A DNA stretch of 60,368 nt, the filler included, from Circinaria calcarea (lineage: Eukaryota), in the NCBI GenBank assembly GCA_051942165.1. It is 4 parts of 4 records of this genome, joined end to end, with 100 filler letters (N's around TTAATTAATTAA, not from the genome) between each part and the next. Parts side by side here need not be neighbours in the genome. Positions count along the whole stretch, not along the records: positions 15,147 to 30,177 come from JAVECS010000392.1; positions 30,278 to 45,305 come from JAVECS010000393.1; 2 more parts are not named here. One strand, written 5' to 3'. How positions within the stretch are numbered: the first letter of the stretch is position 1; each line of letters opens with the position of its first letter. The notes under the pieces were generated by a model, which saw only the letters and a program-made list of their open reading frames with translations, was not told the origin of the DNA and searched no databases. The translations under genes and the position numbers were made by a program. Of this stretch, positions 25,435-37,585 are shown in pieces.

Positions 25435-26904
25435 TCCTTTGGTGTGCTGTGGGATGGAACGTTATTCGAGATGTTGGGGGTGTTCGTCTGGGCGTGGAGA
25501 TGAATAAAAGAGGCTCTTTTCTTAGGTGGAAAAGTTTGAGCGGTAAGATGATGTGGTTGAGGTTTTTGCAATGAATCGATATCTTCTATTTTACCTTATC
25601 CTTTGTCTTTTATATTCTTTTTCTTCTTCTATCAAACACTATCACTTTCTAAGTTTTGATGTTTGTACCCGATCCCGCAACCTCAAGCACAAATCAGCAT
25701 CCGGATGACTCTAACTCATAACAAACTTCCATAATGCCCTGCTCGGTTTGCAATCTCGCTCTATCTTCCGACACAGCCACACCATGATGGCAGCAATCGG
25801 GACGATTCATGTCAGGATGCTGGATTACTGGACTATGAAACAAACCTCTTGGATCACAGCATCGACACCTTTCAGAGCATCTAGACAGCATTTCTGCGGT
25901 CCCGACCCAGCCTTTGATCCACGTGCCTAGATTTTATACCATGAACAATTAATCGTCGTACAAAGGGGCTTTTGTAAACCTCAGTCGTCTAACCAGCAAA
26001 CAATGCAAGCTAGGACCCCACTCGACTCTTTTAACCTCATACTCACAACTCACAGTCTACTCCAAAATTATCGGCCGAAGCTTTTCCCTAGACCACACCG
26101 CGCGGGAAAGTCTGGACCAGGTAGTTCATGCCTGTTCGACAGCTTGTTATGGGGTCAGTGCCATACTTAAGGAAAGTTAGCACCGGAACGGAGGAACCAT
26201 GGACCGGTTGTTTAGTATGCTCATGGAGGTAAGCAAGGTGAGCAACGTATTATTATATAGGCAGGCTATTCCCGCTCCTTAGATTAGCATGCTTATAGAC
26301 ACCAAACAACTAGAATAGCAATAGACACATATTACGTTCCAGGTAATTGGGCGCCCACAGAGTGACTCTATCCCTTATATAAGTCTAGCCTATCCTAGCA
26401 CCCTTACAGGTATTTTCCTACATTTAATTTCCGTTAAGGTTAGTATTTAAGCTGTAATCTGGACTGCCAGTTTAGTTTAGACTGCTGGACTAGTGCGGAC
26501 CCTATTTGGAAATAAGAAATAGCATGTTCGAGGGGTATGAGAGTAATTCCTTCGTTAAAAATTGCCTATGGAAGAATTTTCGGGGGATGATTGTGTCAAA
26601 AGGTCTAATCTATAACTATGGAGGTGGTTGGGTTCTATATACCGGGCGTACCAGCCACCAGAATTATGACCCCAGCCACCGTACAAATTACAATACAAAA
26701 CATGGTATCCTTGCTCAACAGGGGTCGCTGGTGTCAAATTCTGACAATCTGGGATAAATAGCAAAACGCGCGCCTATTAGCGCCCATTTTCATTGTTCCC
26801 CGGCGAAGCCGGGTTTAACACTCGCCCTTAGTAATAACGACTGTAGGAAGGTACCGGCATTGCTCCCCGTTTATGTAAACCGCTCCTCGCCTCGTGCAAA
26901 TTTT

Positions 26905-26950
26905 CGGCGTAGGCATCGGCGTAGGCATCGGCGTAGGCGTTGGCATAAGC
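26905..26950. repeat. degenerate 12-bp tandem repeat (CGGCGTAGGCAT)n
   Basis: cggcgtaggcat cggcgtaggcat cggcgtaggcgt tggcataagc. Confidence 0.8.
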
Positions 26951-27176
26951 AGCAGCTACTGCCTCACGTTTTAACAGGATCGAACGACCGGCTTTCTGCT
27001 TCTTATTAGTTTGCAGGCGGGTGCGAGAAGCCGGGCCGGATTTGTCATCATCTGAGGGTGAGGGCGATTTGCGCTTGTTATCTTTGCCACTGCATAGGGG
27101 CCAAGGATGTCAGAAAGAGGAGGATGAAGTGGAATGATTGTGACTGTACAAACAGGAAGGAACTGGGGAAAGTGGC

Positions 27177-27694
27177 TTACGCTGGTTTATCGTCCCAGAA
27201 AAATGCAACCTTGTCCGTTCCTTTCTTATCGGCTTTCTCCTTGGCAGCTGCCATTTTCCCACCTTCGACTAGAGCAGGTAGTTTGGTCAGTAAGAGCTCT
27301 ATATATTTGAACTTCATAGTCAAAGGTTTGGAACGACTGCAGTCCTCGTACCATGCTGTCCCTTACTTCCAACAGATTCGACATGAGCTCCTTTCCCGCC
27401 TTCCTTTAATGATGCATGCGGTTTCTCATCATTCGTCTTTCCAGGATGTGTGGGAAGACCTCCAGTTGTTTCCTTGCGATTTTCATTTGTTACAGCCTTG
27501 TCCTTTGTGAGGTGTCCTAGCTGCACGCCGTGCTGGGCTTGATTCCGAGCTGTATCCACTCCATCTTTGCTCTCGTAGTTGACGCGTACCGGAGACGGAC
27601 TTTTGCTTCGGGAACCAGCTGGACTACCCCCTGGGAGAGCAGAGGCGGATGTGAGGGTGAGGATTGCACAGAAAATGATCGCTGAGAGCTTCAT
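27177..27694 (-). CDS. secreted NucA/NucB (ComI)-family deoxyribonuclease-like protein, 144 aa; intron 27269-27351
   Basis: Signal peptide MKLSAIIFCAILTLTSASA. The core NRKETTGGLPTHPGKTNDEKPHASLKEGGKGAHVESV matches the NucB pattern R..S..G.PT.PG...DE.P.A...EGG.GA.V..V. A GTACGA...CTGAC...TAG intron gives the in-frame exon 2 (V)EGGKMAAAKEKADKKGTDKVAFFWDDKPA and stop. Confidence 0.85.
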
Positions 27695-28597
27695 AGTGAG
27701 TAATGGTGACGTGATAAGAATAACAGGAAATAATAGGTTTCTACAAATGCTAGAACCGAGAGGGAGAATGGAAATTAAAGTCAAGGACCGGCCTTGAGAT
27801 TTTTGATGCTTGGGAGAGTTGAGCTTGTATATCATGGTAGAAAGAGAGGTCAAGCTACTCTTATACTAAAATGTCCGCCTCGAGTACGCTATAGCTAGGT
27901 AGGCGACAGTTGGCGTCGTAAGCAGCATTACAACAGTGGGAACCAACTTGGGTGACTCCCCTTGGTCCCAGTGGATGAAGTTTCGCAAGGAACTATTCCT
28001 CTCTCCTCCATGCATAACATAGGACATGATAGCGAACGAGCATTCCCGATCTCACATCGCGAACGTTGGAAAATTCCATAGTCCATGGGTTGTCTAACCA
28101 ACCTACCTTTAAACGTTGGTCAGCTTCGCAAGTAATTGTCCCGAGACCTCGCGGCTTGCGAGAAGGTCTTCGAACCGGCCCCAGAGGGGGCGGCACAGGC
28201 AAGGCAAACGGGTTTCGAGGGGTTACCGAATAGCAGATAGTACTCTGTATGCAATCATTAAAGCAATTATTCAATACCCTTTTCGCTTCTCCGAGCTAGA
28301 TGATTATACCTCAGAGATATATACGGAGGGGTGGTAGAAGGTCTATGGAGAATGATTTGACTACTCGATAAATTATAATATTATACGTCGGTAATACATC
28401 GGTAATAACTCGGAACCGGCGTGATTTTTGCCGCCCCCTGTGGCCCGTGGTGTAATCGCTAGAATAGGTTTAGCCCCAACAACGCCTTAACACAACTGTT
28501 TTCTGTGAAAACAACTCTGTTGCCGTATCAACTGTTACAGAACGGTCAATCAACTAGTCCATGGAGGTTGGAGCCCAAAGCGGGACTTGAAAGTGAA

Positions 28598-28604
28598 TAT
28601 AAAT
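28598..28604 (+). promoter_or_regulatory. TATA box upstream of the 28769 gene
   Basis: TATAAAT about 170 nt upstream of the ATG, followed by a CA-rich 5' UTR-like stretch. Confidence 0.5.
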
Positions 28605-28768
28605 ATCGGTGCCATAAGCTGATTCATCTCCAGACAATACATACAGCCATCACTTCCAAGCATAAGAAGTTACAAACCTCAGACCAAACAGACACACCGA
28701 ACACCACTTATATCGAAAGAGTAATTTATTTAACCCAGTAATCGATACAATAAACAGCATTTCTCGAA

Positions 28769-29369
28769 ATGACTATCCAGGACACAATTGCTCAAGGGTC
28801 CATGATGTATCCCGTTTTTTGTTCAGCAGAGGTTCCAACTGAGGTACGTTCATAGAACTCAGCGTAATTTCCTAAAAGAGGGTAATAAACCTCACCCTCG
28901 CTAGCTTCTGGACAAACTCATCATGGAATCTCGAAAAGGGCTGGCGGCAATTGGCGGCGCCGGTGCCTTGTTCATCATGCAATCGAATTATATCGTCGCC
29001 CGTCATGGCTCTCGTCCACCCATACAGCCCTTTGAGTCCCCGTGTCTCGGAAGAACTGTTGAGGATATTTACGGAAGCTTTAAACGAGGTGTGGTTCCAC
29101 AGGACTACTTCACCGAGCATACCTTTGCAATTGTTGACGACGAGACCGCTTCGACTAAAACTATTTTGGTCGCTAGTGATGCGGATGGTTCCCTGCAGAC
29201 CGTGCGCAGCGACTTCTGGTCCTCACTGCATGCCATGGTTCCATTCGAGATGAAGACTATCACCGTCCAACAAAGCAGCGCCGGTGGTAACGGTTTAATC
29301 AGCAAGGAGTTGATTAAGAAGCAGGATGCGGACTATGATGCCATGCAGAAAAGTCAAAAGGCTGAATAG
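28769..29369 (+). CDS. hypothetical cytoplasmic protein, 179 aa; intron 28844-28904; candidate nuclease immunity protein
   Basis: Exon 1 MTIQDTIAQGSMMYPVFCSAEVPTE splices (GTACGT...TAG) in frame to LLDKLIMESRKG...PPIQPFESPCLG...FAIVDDET...VRSDF. Globular-looking, with no signal peptide. Confidence 0.8.
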
Positions 29370-29816
29370 GGATCCATTGCTTTACACAATTATGGCAGGT
29401 TCGGGTGGCTTCAAGTGGACATCCCAGAAGACGCTACACGGAACGGTGTGGAGCGTAGATCTGGGAACGCTACTGTATTTGCTTATCGATGCCTTTCTAT
29501 CTGTAGTTTAGAACCTCACCCGTTCATGAGAGCACGAATCCTCTTTTCAACGGCATCCCAGTCAGTGTCCAAGGTTCGGTCCCGGGAGGAGGAAGCCTGA
29601 ATGCATCGAAGCGGGATGAACCCCCTCTCCTCTCCTTGTCCTCTCTTTTCCTTCCCTCCCTCCTTTGGCGCGGAGCCGAGATCTAAACAATACATATGCT
29701 TTCCCTGGAATCCAACTCGTAGCTATGCTCGCTTCACTCCGGAAAAATTGTACCAACGGATGCATAATGATATCCAAAGAAAGTCCGTCCTCCAACTAAC
29801 CCCACAAGTCCCCACA

Positions 29817-30075
29817 TCACCTCCGATCGAAAAACCAGCTACTCCTCTTCCCTCCCTCTTGTCCTCCCAGCAATCCACTCAGCACCGGAACGTTCGGTCC
29901 CCCTGCTCCGGTTCCATTGGTGTTATCAAAGGCACCACCGCCTCGAAGCGGTTTCGCGATGCGGGAGCCCGCGCCGCCGAAACTGAAGCCGCCGGTGGAG
30001 GCGATGGAGGAGCGTGTGGAGCCTAGCTTGGCGGCTTCGAGACGGTCTTTTACGGCGGTGAGTTGGGCTTCGAAA
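29817..30075 (-). CDS. kinA: kinesin-1 heavy chain, last exon only (rest lies beyond the contig end)
   Basis: FEAQLTAVKDRLEAAK...GSRIAKPLRGGG...KRSSWFFDRR and stop: the IAK autoinhibitory tail of fungal conventional kinesin. Preceded by a CTAAC branch site and TAG acceptor. Confidence 0.92.
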
Positions 30076-30177
30076 CTATTGGGACGGCCACAAGGAAAGG
30101 TTAGTTGGTTGTAAGTGTATGGGGGAAAAATGAAGGGAGAGAGGGGGAAGGGTAGGGGCTGGAAGGGCTGATAGATA

Positions 30178-30277
30178 NNNNNNNNNNNNNNNNNNNNNNN
30201 NNNNNNNNNNNNNNNNNNNNNTTAATTAATTAANNNNNNNNNNNNNNNNNNNNNNNNNNNNNNNNNNNNNNNNNNNN
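30178..30277. other. artificial contig-joining linker
   Basis: N44-TTAATTAATTAA-N44. Confidence 0.97.
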
Positions 30278-30657
30278 TCCCCCAACTCTCCAGTTTCTAA
30301 TGTTGTTGACATGAGGCCCGAGAGATCAAGTTCGAGTAGTATCACGGGCAATCCATAGATAGTCACGCCTCCGTGTTTGTGAAAAAGTTACAGTAGTTAC
30401 TTGTGAACCCGAAACCGACCTGGGCCAAGCAAGGCCCTTTTTCTGGATAAATGGAGCCGAACAAAGCACTGGAAACCATGATACTTTTCGTACGGTAACT
30501 GTGTAAGTTTAGGCTTGTGACCTCCTACTGGCCCTTGGACAAGCCCCGTTCTATCTCGAAATATTTTCATCGGCTTTTAACATTTCTCCCACCAAGTTCG
30601 CCCCAGCCAAGCCAGTTGAGATTTGCCACGCATTACTCCCCCCGGATCAAGTGTGCT

Positions 30658-32351
30658 CTACCCGCAGACCATGGCTTCCTTTGGCATTTCCTCTTCCTTC
30701 ATGCCATCGGCCGCATCGACTTTCTCCCGTTCCGATATTGCAATCGGACTCGCCTGCACTTGCCTTTCGACTTGCTCCTTTTCTCCCAGCTTCCGTCTGT
30801 CTTTCTTGCTCAACGTGAGACTCCCTTTCTCCAACGCCTCTTTGGGCAACGGCCGCACATATGGCTGACACACCCACCACGGCCTTTTGCATGCTCGGAC
30901 AGCCGCGACTGAACTATCGGAGTCCGGCCCCTGCACGTCTCCGTTCTCGCCATCGCTGAGATTGATGGATTCTGGGCGTTCCTCGTACTTTTCCGGACCT
31001 GCTTCGTAATCGAGAAGGCCCTCGCGGGTAGCTTTCTCGACCAGATGTAGGACATTCTCAAAAGCTGCCATGTCACCTGCTCGAGAACGCGCCAGTGCAT
31101 CCCGTGCTTCAGTATACTTTGCAACCAAGGGACGGAGGAGATGGAAAAGATGTGCTTGCATGGATAGGAGGTTCGGTGAGGTAGGTTTGGTTTGCTTGTG
31201 GTCCAGCTTCTGCTTCTTTGCTGGAGATTGGCCGTCCGCCTCGTGGACAGCTTCATTCACCAGGGCCACCTCTGTAGTATCAGCTCCTAGATCTGAGGGG
31301 ATGAATAGAGGCTGCCGCTTTGGTGGCGGCTTCTCAAGGACGTATCGATATAGAATGTCCATATATCTTCGGAAAACAGCGTCCACCCTGTATCCTCCCT
31401 TACCATCTCTACCTCTCCAATATTCCCGGCCTCCTTGGCCCGGTGGAGGTGGCTCAGCAAAAATAGCCGGATCACATAAGTTACCTTCCGCGCTCATCAC
31501 GCCGTCAGCGCCTGTCTTTTCTAAGCACGTATGGATGTCTCTGTGCTGCAGTATGTTGCCATTTGCAAAAAGTACAGTGTCAGGCGGAAGGTTGTCCCTC
31601 AAGAAGCGCAGGACGGACCAGTCAGCTAAGCCGGTTTTGTGTCCTTTCTGATCTCTCTGTCGGCCATGGACAGTGAGAATACTGGCGCCCGCGGAGATCA
31701 CCACTTTTGCATATTTCAGGGTATCCTCCTTCGTCTCCAAAATTCGTATCTTTGCTGTTACTGGGATGTCAAGATTCTTGTGAAGATTATTGATCAGCCT
31801 GTAAACAAGGTTCTGGTCCTCCTGTAAAAAGGCGCCGTAGCGCCCTTTCCGTGCAATACCTTGCGGGCACCCTAGGTTTAAATCTACCGCGTCGCAGAAT
31901 GGCTGCACATATCTCGCTGCTTCTAATAGCTCTTCTGGATCGTTGGCGCAGAACTGGACGAAGAGAGGTCGGTCAACAGCAGGGTTTCCGTCCAGATGTG
32001 CTATTTCAACCGAGGGTATGGATGTTAAGCCGGCTCTTACTGGCTGAAAGTGGTGATCCCGATATTTGGCGGTCTCCGTAAACATTCGAGCATGTAACAT
32101 AGGCGTGTAGGCAAGCAGATTTTTAGACGATTCAGGGGCCATGAAGGACCTTGTGAGTAGTCGCCATGCCTACTAAAACCAGTTAGCATTAACAATGGTT
32201 TGAAGAGTGTAGAGACCAAGGAGATCCGTACGAACTCTGACTGATCCACCATCGGGGCAAGAATCAGCTTCGGGCTTCCCAAGCTCTCATAGAAAGCTCG
32301 CCCAATGAGCTTCACTCGGGGAGGAGGCGGTGACGGGTTGATGGAAGCCAT
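30658..32351 (-). CDS. DUS1: tRNA-dihydrouridine(16/17) synthase, one intron about 32171-32231
   Basis: ILAPMVDQSEF/AWR, YTPMLHAR, DRPLFVQFCAND, DLNLGCPQGIARKGRYGAFL, LTVHGR, ANGNI and GVMSAEG. Confidence 0.95.
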
Positions 32352-32749
32352 TTTCCTCAAGTCGCCCAAAGTAATCGGCCTTCTGCATGACCACTTCTGG
32401 TTCTGAAGTCGTTGGAAACCTGGGATTTGGCGGAGATGCCCTGAAGGGCGTCGAAGCAGCAACTCCAGAGCTCTAGCGGAAGACAAATGTTCTTTGTCGT
32501 CCCCTGAGATCCAATATGCAAGATCAGCCAACCATGGACATGCCCGTGATGCTCGAAACCGCAAACAAGATTGGGCGTTTGGACTTGGACTTCTGAAGTT
32601 CTGATTTCGACGACTCTGCCCTGCGGAATTGGGTTTTCGGCCGCCTTCCGCGTGGACCCTGGAAGATCTCACTGCCCCCCTTCCTCGAACTTCAGCTGCC
32701 AACTCGGCTACGTTTTTTCATCTGCTATGATGATTACGAGGAAGGGGCA

Positions 32750-34816
32750 ATGTCAACGGTCAAAAGAAGGAGAGGGAAATCGCTCCATTTGGAGCTGCCA
32801 CATACAGGTACAGAGGAGGAGCCAGCCATTGCTGCGTTGTTTCTCGTCCAATTCGACGTCAAGGCTGGGTAGGATCAAGTGGCTATCTTCGGCCGCTTTA
32901 CAACAGCTAAGAAAAATGAGGATAGATACACGATAGCATGGAAAAGATCAGTCGATGGGCGTTAGTCTTCGTCGTGGTTCCCTTCTTCCTTGCAACTGCT
33001 GATGTTCTGTCTAGTGCAGCTCGCCGACAGTGTCGAATACAAGTCTCTGCCTTCGGGCTTACACAACGTCAAGGAAGATTTGGTGTACGAGGTTACTGGT
33101 TGCTGCAGCTGCAAGGTCATATGGTTGATAAGCTTCACAGGTATTTCCTGCATGACGATGAGCATGCGGGCATCAGTGCATTCGTCAATAAATCCGACTT
33201 GGGTCAGGAGCGTAATGCCTTGATGCTGGCTGTTGGCGCATTAGTACCTCTGAGCAACGGGCTTTTAGGAAGGTGCTGGAAACATGCGGGAAAGCTGAAG
33301 GATCTGGCACAGTCCGTAATAATTGGCGGCATCGAGGGAGAATTTGTACTAATACAACATAAACAGGGAATTACTTCAAGACCCTACGAAGACAGAGTAT
33401 TTGGAGGAGTTCTGGGAAGATAACCGTCTATCAGAAGACGAGGCAGCGGCGGTATCTGATTCACCATTTACGTTTGCACGCAGACAAAGTGAGGGTTCTC
33501 CGAACGGCATTCGAAAGCGCGGCGGTACTGTATCGAGTTCTTCAGCGCCCGGCCCACTCGGTCAAATCCTCGCACCTCACCATCCTGCATTATCATTGCC
33601 TAGTCTTTTCGACACTTTTGGTCCTTTGACATACCCATTGTATAAAGCAGCTTTGCTTCGGAAGCGGATTCTAATGGTTACTCATCCTCCTGTCGAGCTA
33701 CCCTGCAATTTTGGTAAGGTATCAATCTAAGAAAGCTGCCAACAGATTCTGACCGTTTATCTATCAGTCTACGATATCTCTATTCTTTCCAGCATACCAT
33801 CTTATGTCTCCGAGCGTCTCCCACTAGAACCGCTTCCTACCAAGCTCCAACCCCTTTTCTCCATCGGAGTTCATGACATTGAAACTCTGACGCGCGGCAA
33901 CAGACACAGATCGGATGCTAACGGCGATACGTTGGATGAAGACCCTGACTATGGCTGGATCGCATGCACCACCGATGATGTCCTTGCTACCAAGTCCAGT
34001 CTCTATGATGTCTTAGTCACTATTCCTCCTTCCTACAGCAAGCAAGCAAAGGAGAAGGTCTGGCCCAGGATGAGTAACGCGGCCAAAGCCGAGATAAAAG
34101 CCAGCCAACGTGACCTCCGCAGATACCGAACTTTGCGCCAAGGGTTGAGGAGGTTTCAAATCAGAAGTCGAGCCACCTCACCCTACGACTCGGGGCGACG
34201 CCAAAGTGAAGTCCACGCTGACCAGAGTACCCTCCTACCGGTCGCAAACACACAAGAGACGTTCGATGATGCTTCGTCCACTATTGACGAAAAGATGATT
34301 GAACCCTCCTCCTGGTCCTCTCTCGCCTACTCGTCCTTCATGTGGTGGGCATCTGCCGGAGAAAAGCGCGCGGATCTCGATGAAGAAGTCGAGCACGACG
34401 CCGCCTTGCTTCGTGATCCGAACGACTACTCCAATCTCTCACCCAACAGCCCCACATCACGGAGGCGATCGATCCCGAACCCGACGGGGGAAACGGAGGA
34501 CGGATTCTTCCAGATCCCCGAAATGGCCATCATCGCCTACTTCCACCGCCTCACCGCCTTGATCCTGAATACCCTCGCCGACATCGTGGAGGCTTCGGAC
34601 GCGTCGGTTGACGGAGATGACGAGGAGCCGTTGAGAGCGGCAGATGCGGGGGATGAGCATATACGGGTGCGGAGTGAGGATATGACGCGGATGGGCTTGG
34701 ACTCGTGGAGCGAGGGCGACAAGAAGTTTGTGCAGGAGCTGCTGGAGCTGTATTGGGGGCGGAAGGCGGAGGTGCAGGGCGGGAGGGTGGAGTGTTGTGG
34801 GGTGAGGATTGCGTAG
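32750..34816 (+). CDS. DENN-related DUF2347/DUF4484 protein (ANR2/DENND11-like), multi-exon
   Basis: IAALFLVQFDVKAG, VEYKSLPSGLHNVKEDLV, YF.HD.HAGISAF, HHPALSL...FGPL.YPLYKAALLRKRIL, SWSSLAYSSFMWWASAGE and ECCGVRI. Confidence 0.85.
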
Positions 34817-35274
34817 TTGTTTTTGAGATTTACGTGCATGTGTCCATATGTGCGTCGGTGATATAGTTTGAAATTACGTACGCCTTGTCTGTTTCCCATG
34901 TCTTCTTGTTGAGTCTAAAAGAGGCCCATCTCCTTCATTGCTCATACAGTCTCTCATTGCTTCCTATACTCTCATCTCACTAAAAAGAGAGAGAGACTAT
35001 TTCATCGTTTAGGTATAAAACCCTCTCATATCCACTGATCGGCTCGCCTCGCTGCCCATGGCCCACTCCGTCGTATTCGTCCCGTCCGTCCCATTCGTTC
35101 CATTTCCATCCAGCCCTACAAAGAAAGGAGGAAACATCCCAGAATCAGCCTCGTCCCCAGACATGCATCTCCAGCACCAAACACTAGCCACCAAAACCAT
35201 GAAACCAAATACCCAAAAAAACACCGGAAAGGGTGGGAAAGGAGAGAAATGGAAATAGTAAAAGGAAGAAATTA

Positions 35275-36231
35275 TCACAAACCGCCCGTCGAGCCCGTCG
35301 CGATCAGATTCAACCAAGCCGCCAAGCGGTACCCCGCCGTCGCCACGAGCAACTGCACCACCGGGATCGCACTCTGGTAGTAGGCACCGTCCAGATCGCC
35401 CGTCTCCGTCGCGGCCACCCCATTCGGCAATGCGGTACTGCAGACATATTTATTCGCCTCGGTCGCCCAGCCCGTCGCCGTTGTCACCGGATTCTGCAAG
35501 CTCAGCCCTGCCACCCACCCGGCCTTCTTGGTGCTATAACTGCCCGTCTTGATCTGGGCCGTCAGCGTGGTGGCCCATTTCTGGGCGTCGGCGAGGGCGT
35601 GCGCGCCGTGCGTGTAGTATTCCGGGATCGCCGTGTCCCAGACGGCGTGCAGGTTGGTCTTGGAGCCGTTGAAGGTGACGGGGATGGTGTTGCCGCCGAG
35701 GTTGAGGGCTTCGTCGTGCAGGGGCTGGTGGATGTCGCCGATGAAGTGGACCAGGAATTTAAGGGCTTGGAGGACTTGTTCTTGGGGGAGGGTGGTGGAG
35801 CGGACGCGGGAGGTCTGTGGGAAAGGGTCAACATGGGATTATTGGGGTGGGAAGGAGGTCTCCAGGGGAGTATTTTGTAAGTGTGAGTGGAGGCTTACGT
35901 AGTTGTTTATGGCAGAAACGACGCAGCCGCTGGCACCACAGTCGCGGGCGTAGTCCACGTTGCAAGCGGAGGGGGGACTGTCTTCGGCGTCGATGAAGTG
36001 GTACGGTGCACTGTACTTCCCAGCTGTCGTAGTCCTGAAGCTATCGGCCCAGGTAGCCACATTGGCGAGGTAGGATGTGCTGGTGTCGCTCAGAAGACCT
36101 TGGCAAAAGGTCTTTGTCTGAGCAGAGACAAAGTTTTGTGCCACGTAGGCGACTGTCTCATGAGCGAGGAATCCCCAGGCATAGGCGCAAGGGAGGCTGC
36201 CGAGCGCGAGGAGGGGAATAACGGCTTTCAT
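35275..36231 (-). CDS. secreted S1/P1 nuclease, one intron about 35817-35898
   Basis: Signal peptide followed by WGFLAHE, WADSFR, HFIDAED, KFLVHFIGDIHQPLHDE, GGN and NLHAVWD Zn ligands. Confidence 0.95.
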
Positions 36232-37585
36232 GGTGAGTGTTGATACCTCGTTTGTAAGTGCAGAGCTGATGGCCAGGAGGTGATAGGACAAAGCAGCGCG
36301 ACATGTCCTCTCCTTATCAAGGTCATCGTTGCAGCGAGCACGTCCTGTTTCGACCAAGTCGTCCGAAGGTACATGGCGATTGTCGGGGCTCGTCCCTTTA
36401 GTGAGAGTGTGACGATGTCCGCTAACTCTCTAAATGGCTCCAATTAAAAGTCGTAGATCTTCGCACGCAGCTCGGCTGTCCTGCATTAGCGCCGGACACG
36501 GCCCTGGCACATCTGGCAGCTGCTTCCCATCACTCTGATTATGCCACCTGCGACCTTCCCAAAAGTCACCGGAGGTCGTTTGTGCAGTATGACTGCAGTA
36601 GTCACCGATTTGTTTAATGGATTAGATGAGGCATGTTGGGGGCAGACCTGGACAAGGGGGATACTGAGTTTGCCAAGGACCATGATTATTTGAAGACATG
36701 GCTGAAGATGGTTTGCCCGGCTTATACTGATATTGTGCTTCAAACATTAATCGAGGTAGCGATGGGAGGATGGGCTTGAGAACGGACACAAGACACTTTG
36801 CAAAATGTGAAAGATGAGACTGTTATTGGGTGATCTGAGATGGTAGTGTAGCATCGAGGTCTGTTCTTTGTTGATGTTCTGGTGGTGCAGAGGAGGAGGA
36901 TTGAGATGGAAGCGGAGGTTTTGGTCACGGCGGGTTAGAAATGGAGAGGGTGGCGGCGCTAGAGGAGTATTTTGGCATTCGGCTGAGTAGGAGTGGAAAG
37001 CAGGGGCATCATGGGTTTGGGGACAGAGATCTTAGAGGGGGGAGGTCTGAAAGCTTGATACTGCATGTGTATCATCTTGATGTCTGGTGTACCCCATAGG
37101 AACCGTTAAAGCTTGCGCAACCCTATCCTCCTGGCTCGGCTCGAGCATTGATATCTTCTAGAGATTCTGAAACCATAGCTACCAATCAGACTCAACGGAC
37201 GCCTTTTTGGTTGATTAGTTGTGCAACGCACCCGAACTGCCCCATTGGATCCAGGAAAGAGATCATGAAATAAAAGAGGCGTTTCATTAAGAGATAGATA
37301 CAAGAAACCCGAAACGATTCATGCTCTCGACCCCCATGAATCAATGCTTCAAAATATATTCCCCCGCATCCGGATTAGTGGACCCCCCGAAAATATGAAT
37401 GATATCATAATACCCTATGACGCCTACAGTACACGAGCTACTTAAACCCCACCAGTACCAACGTGGGGTACCTTTTTCTCAATCACCATCCTTCTACTCA
37501 TAATCAGCCATACCTCCATCGGCTTCCCCAATTCCCCCAAAACAAACTCCACTACATAAAACCCACACACACGACCCGACAAACC

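Noticed and set aside
27177..36231. Cluster of two secreted nucleases (NucB-like plus S1/P1)
   Set aside because: They lie on different contigs separated by an artificial linker, so linkage is unsupported.
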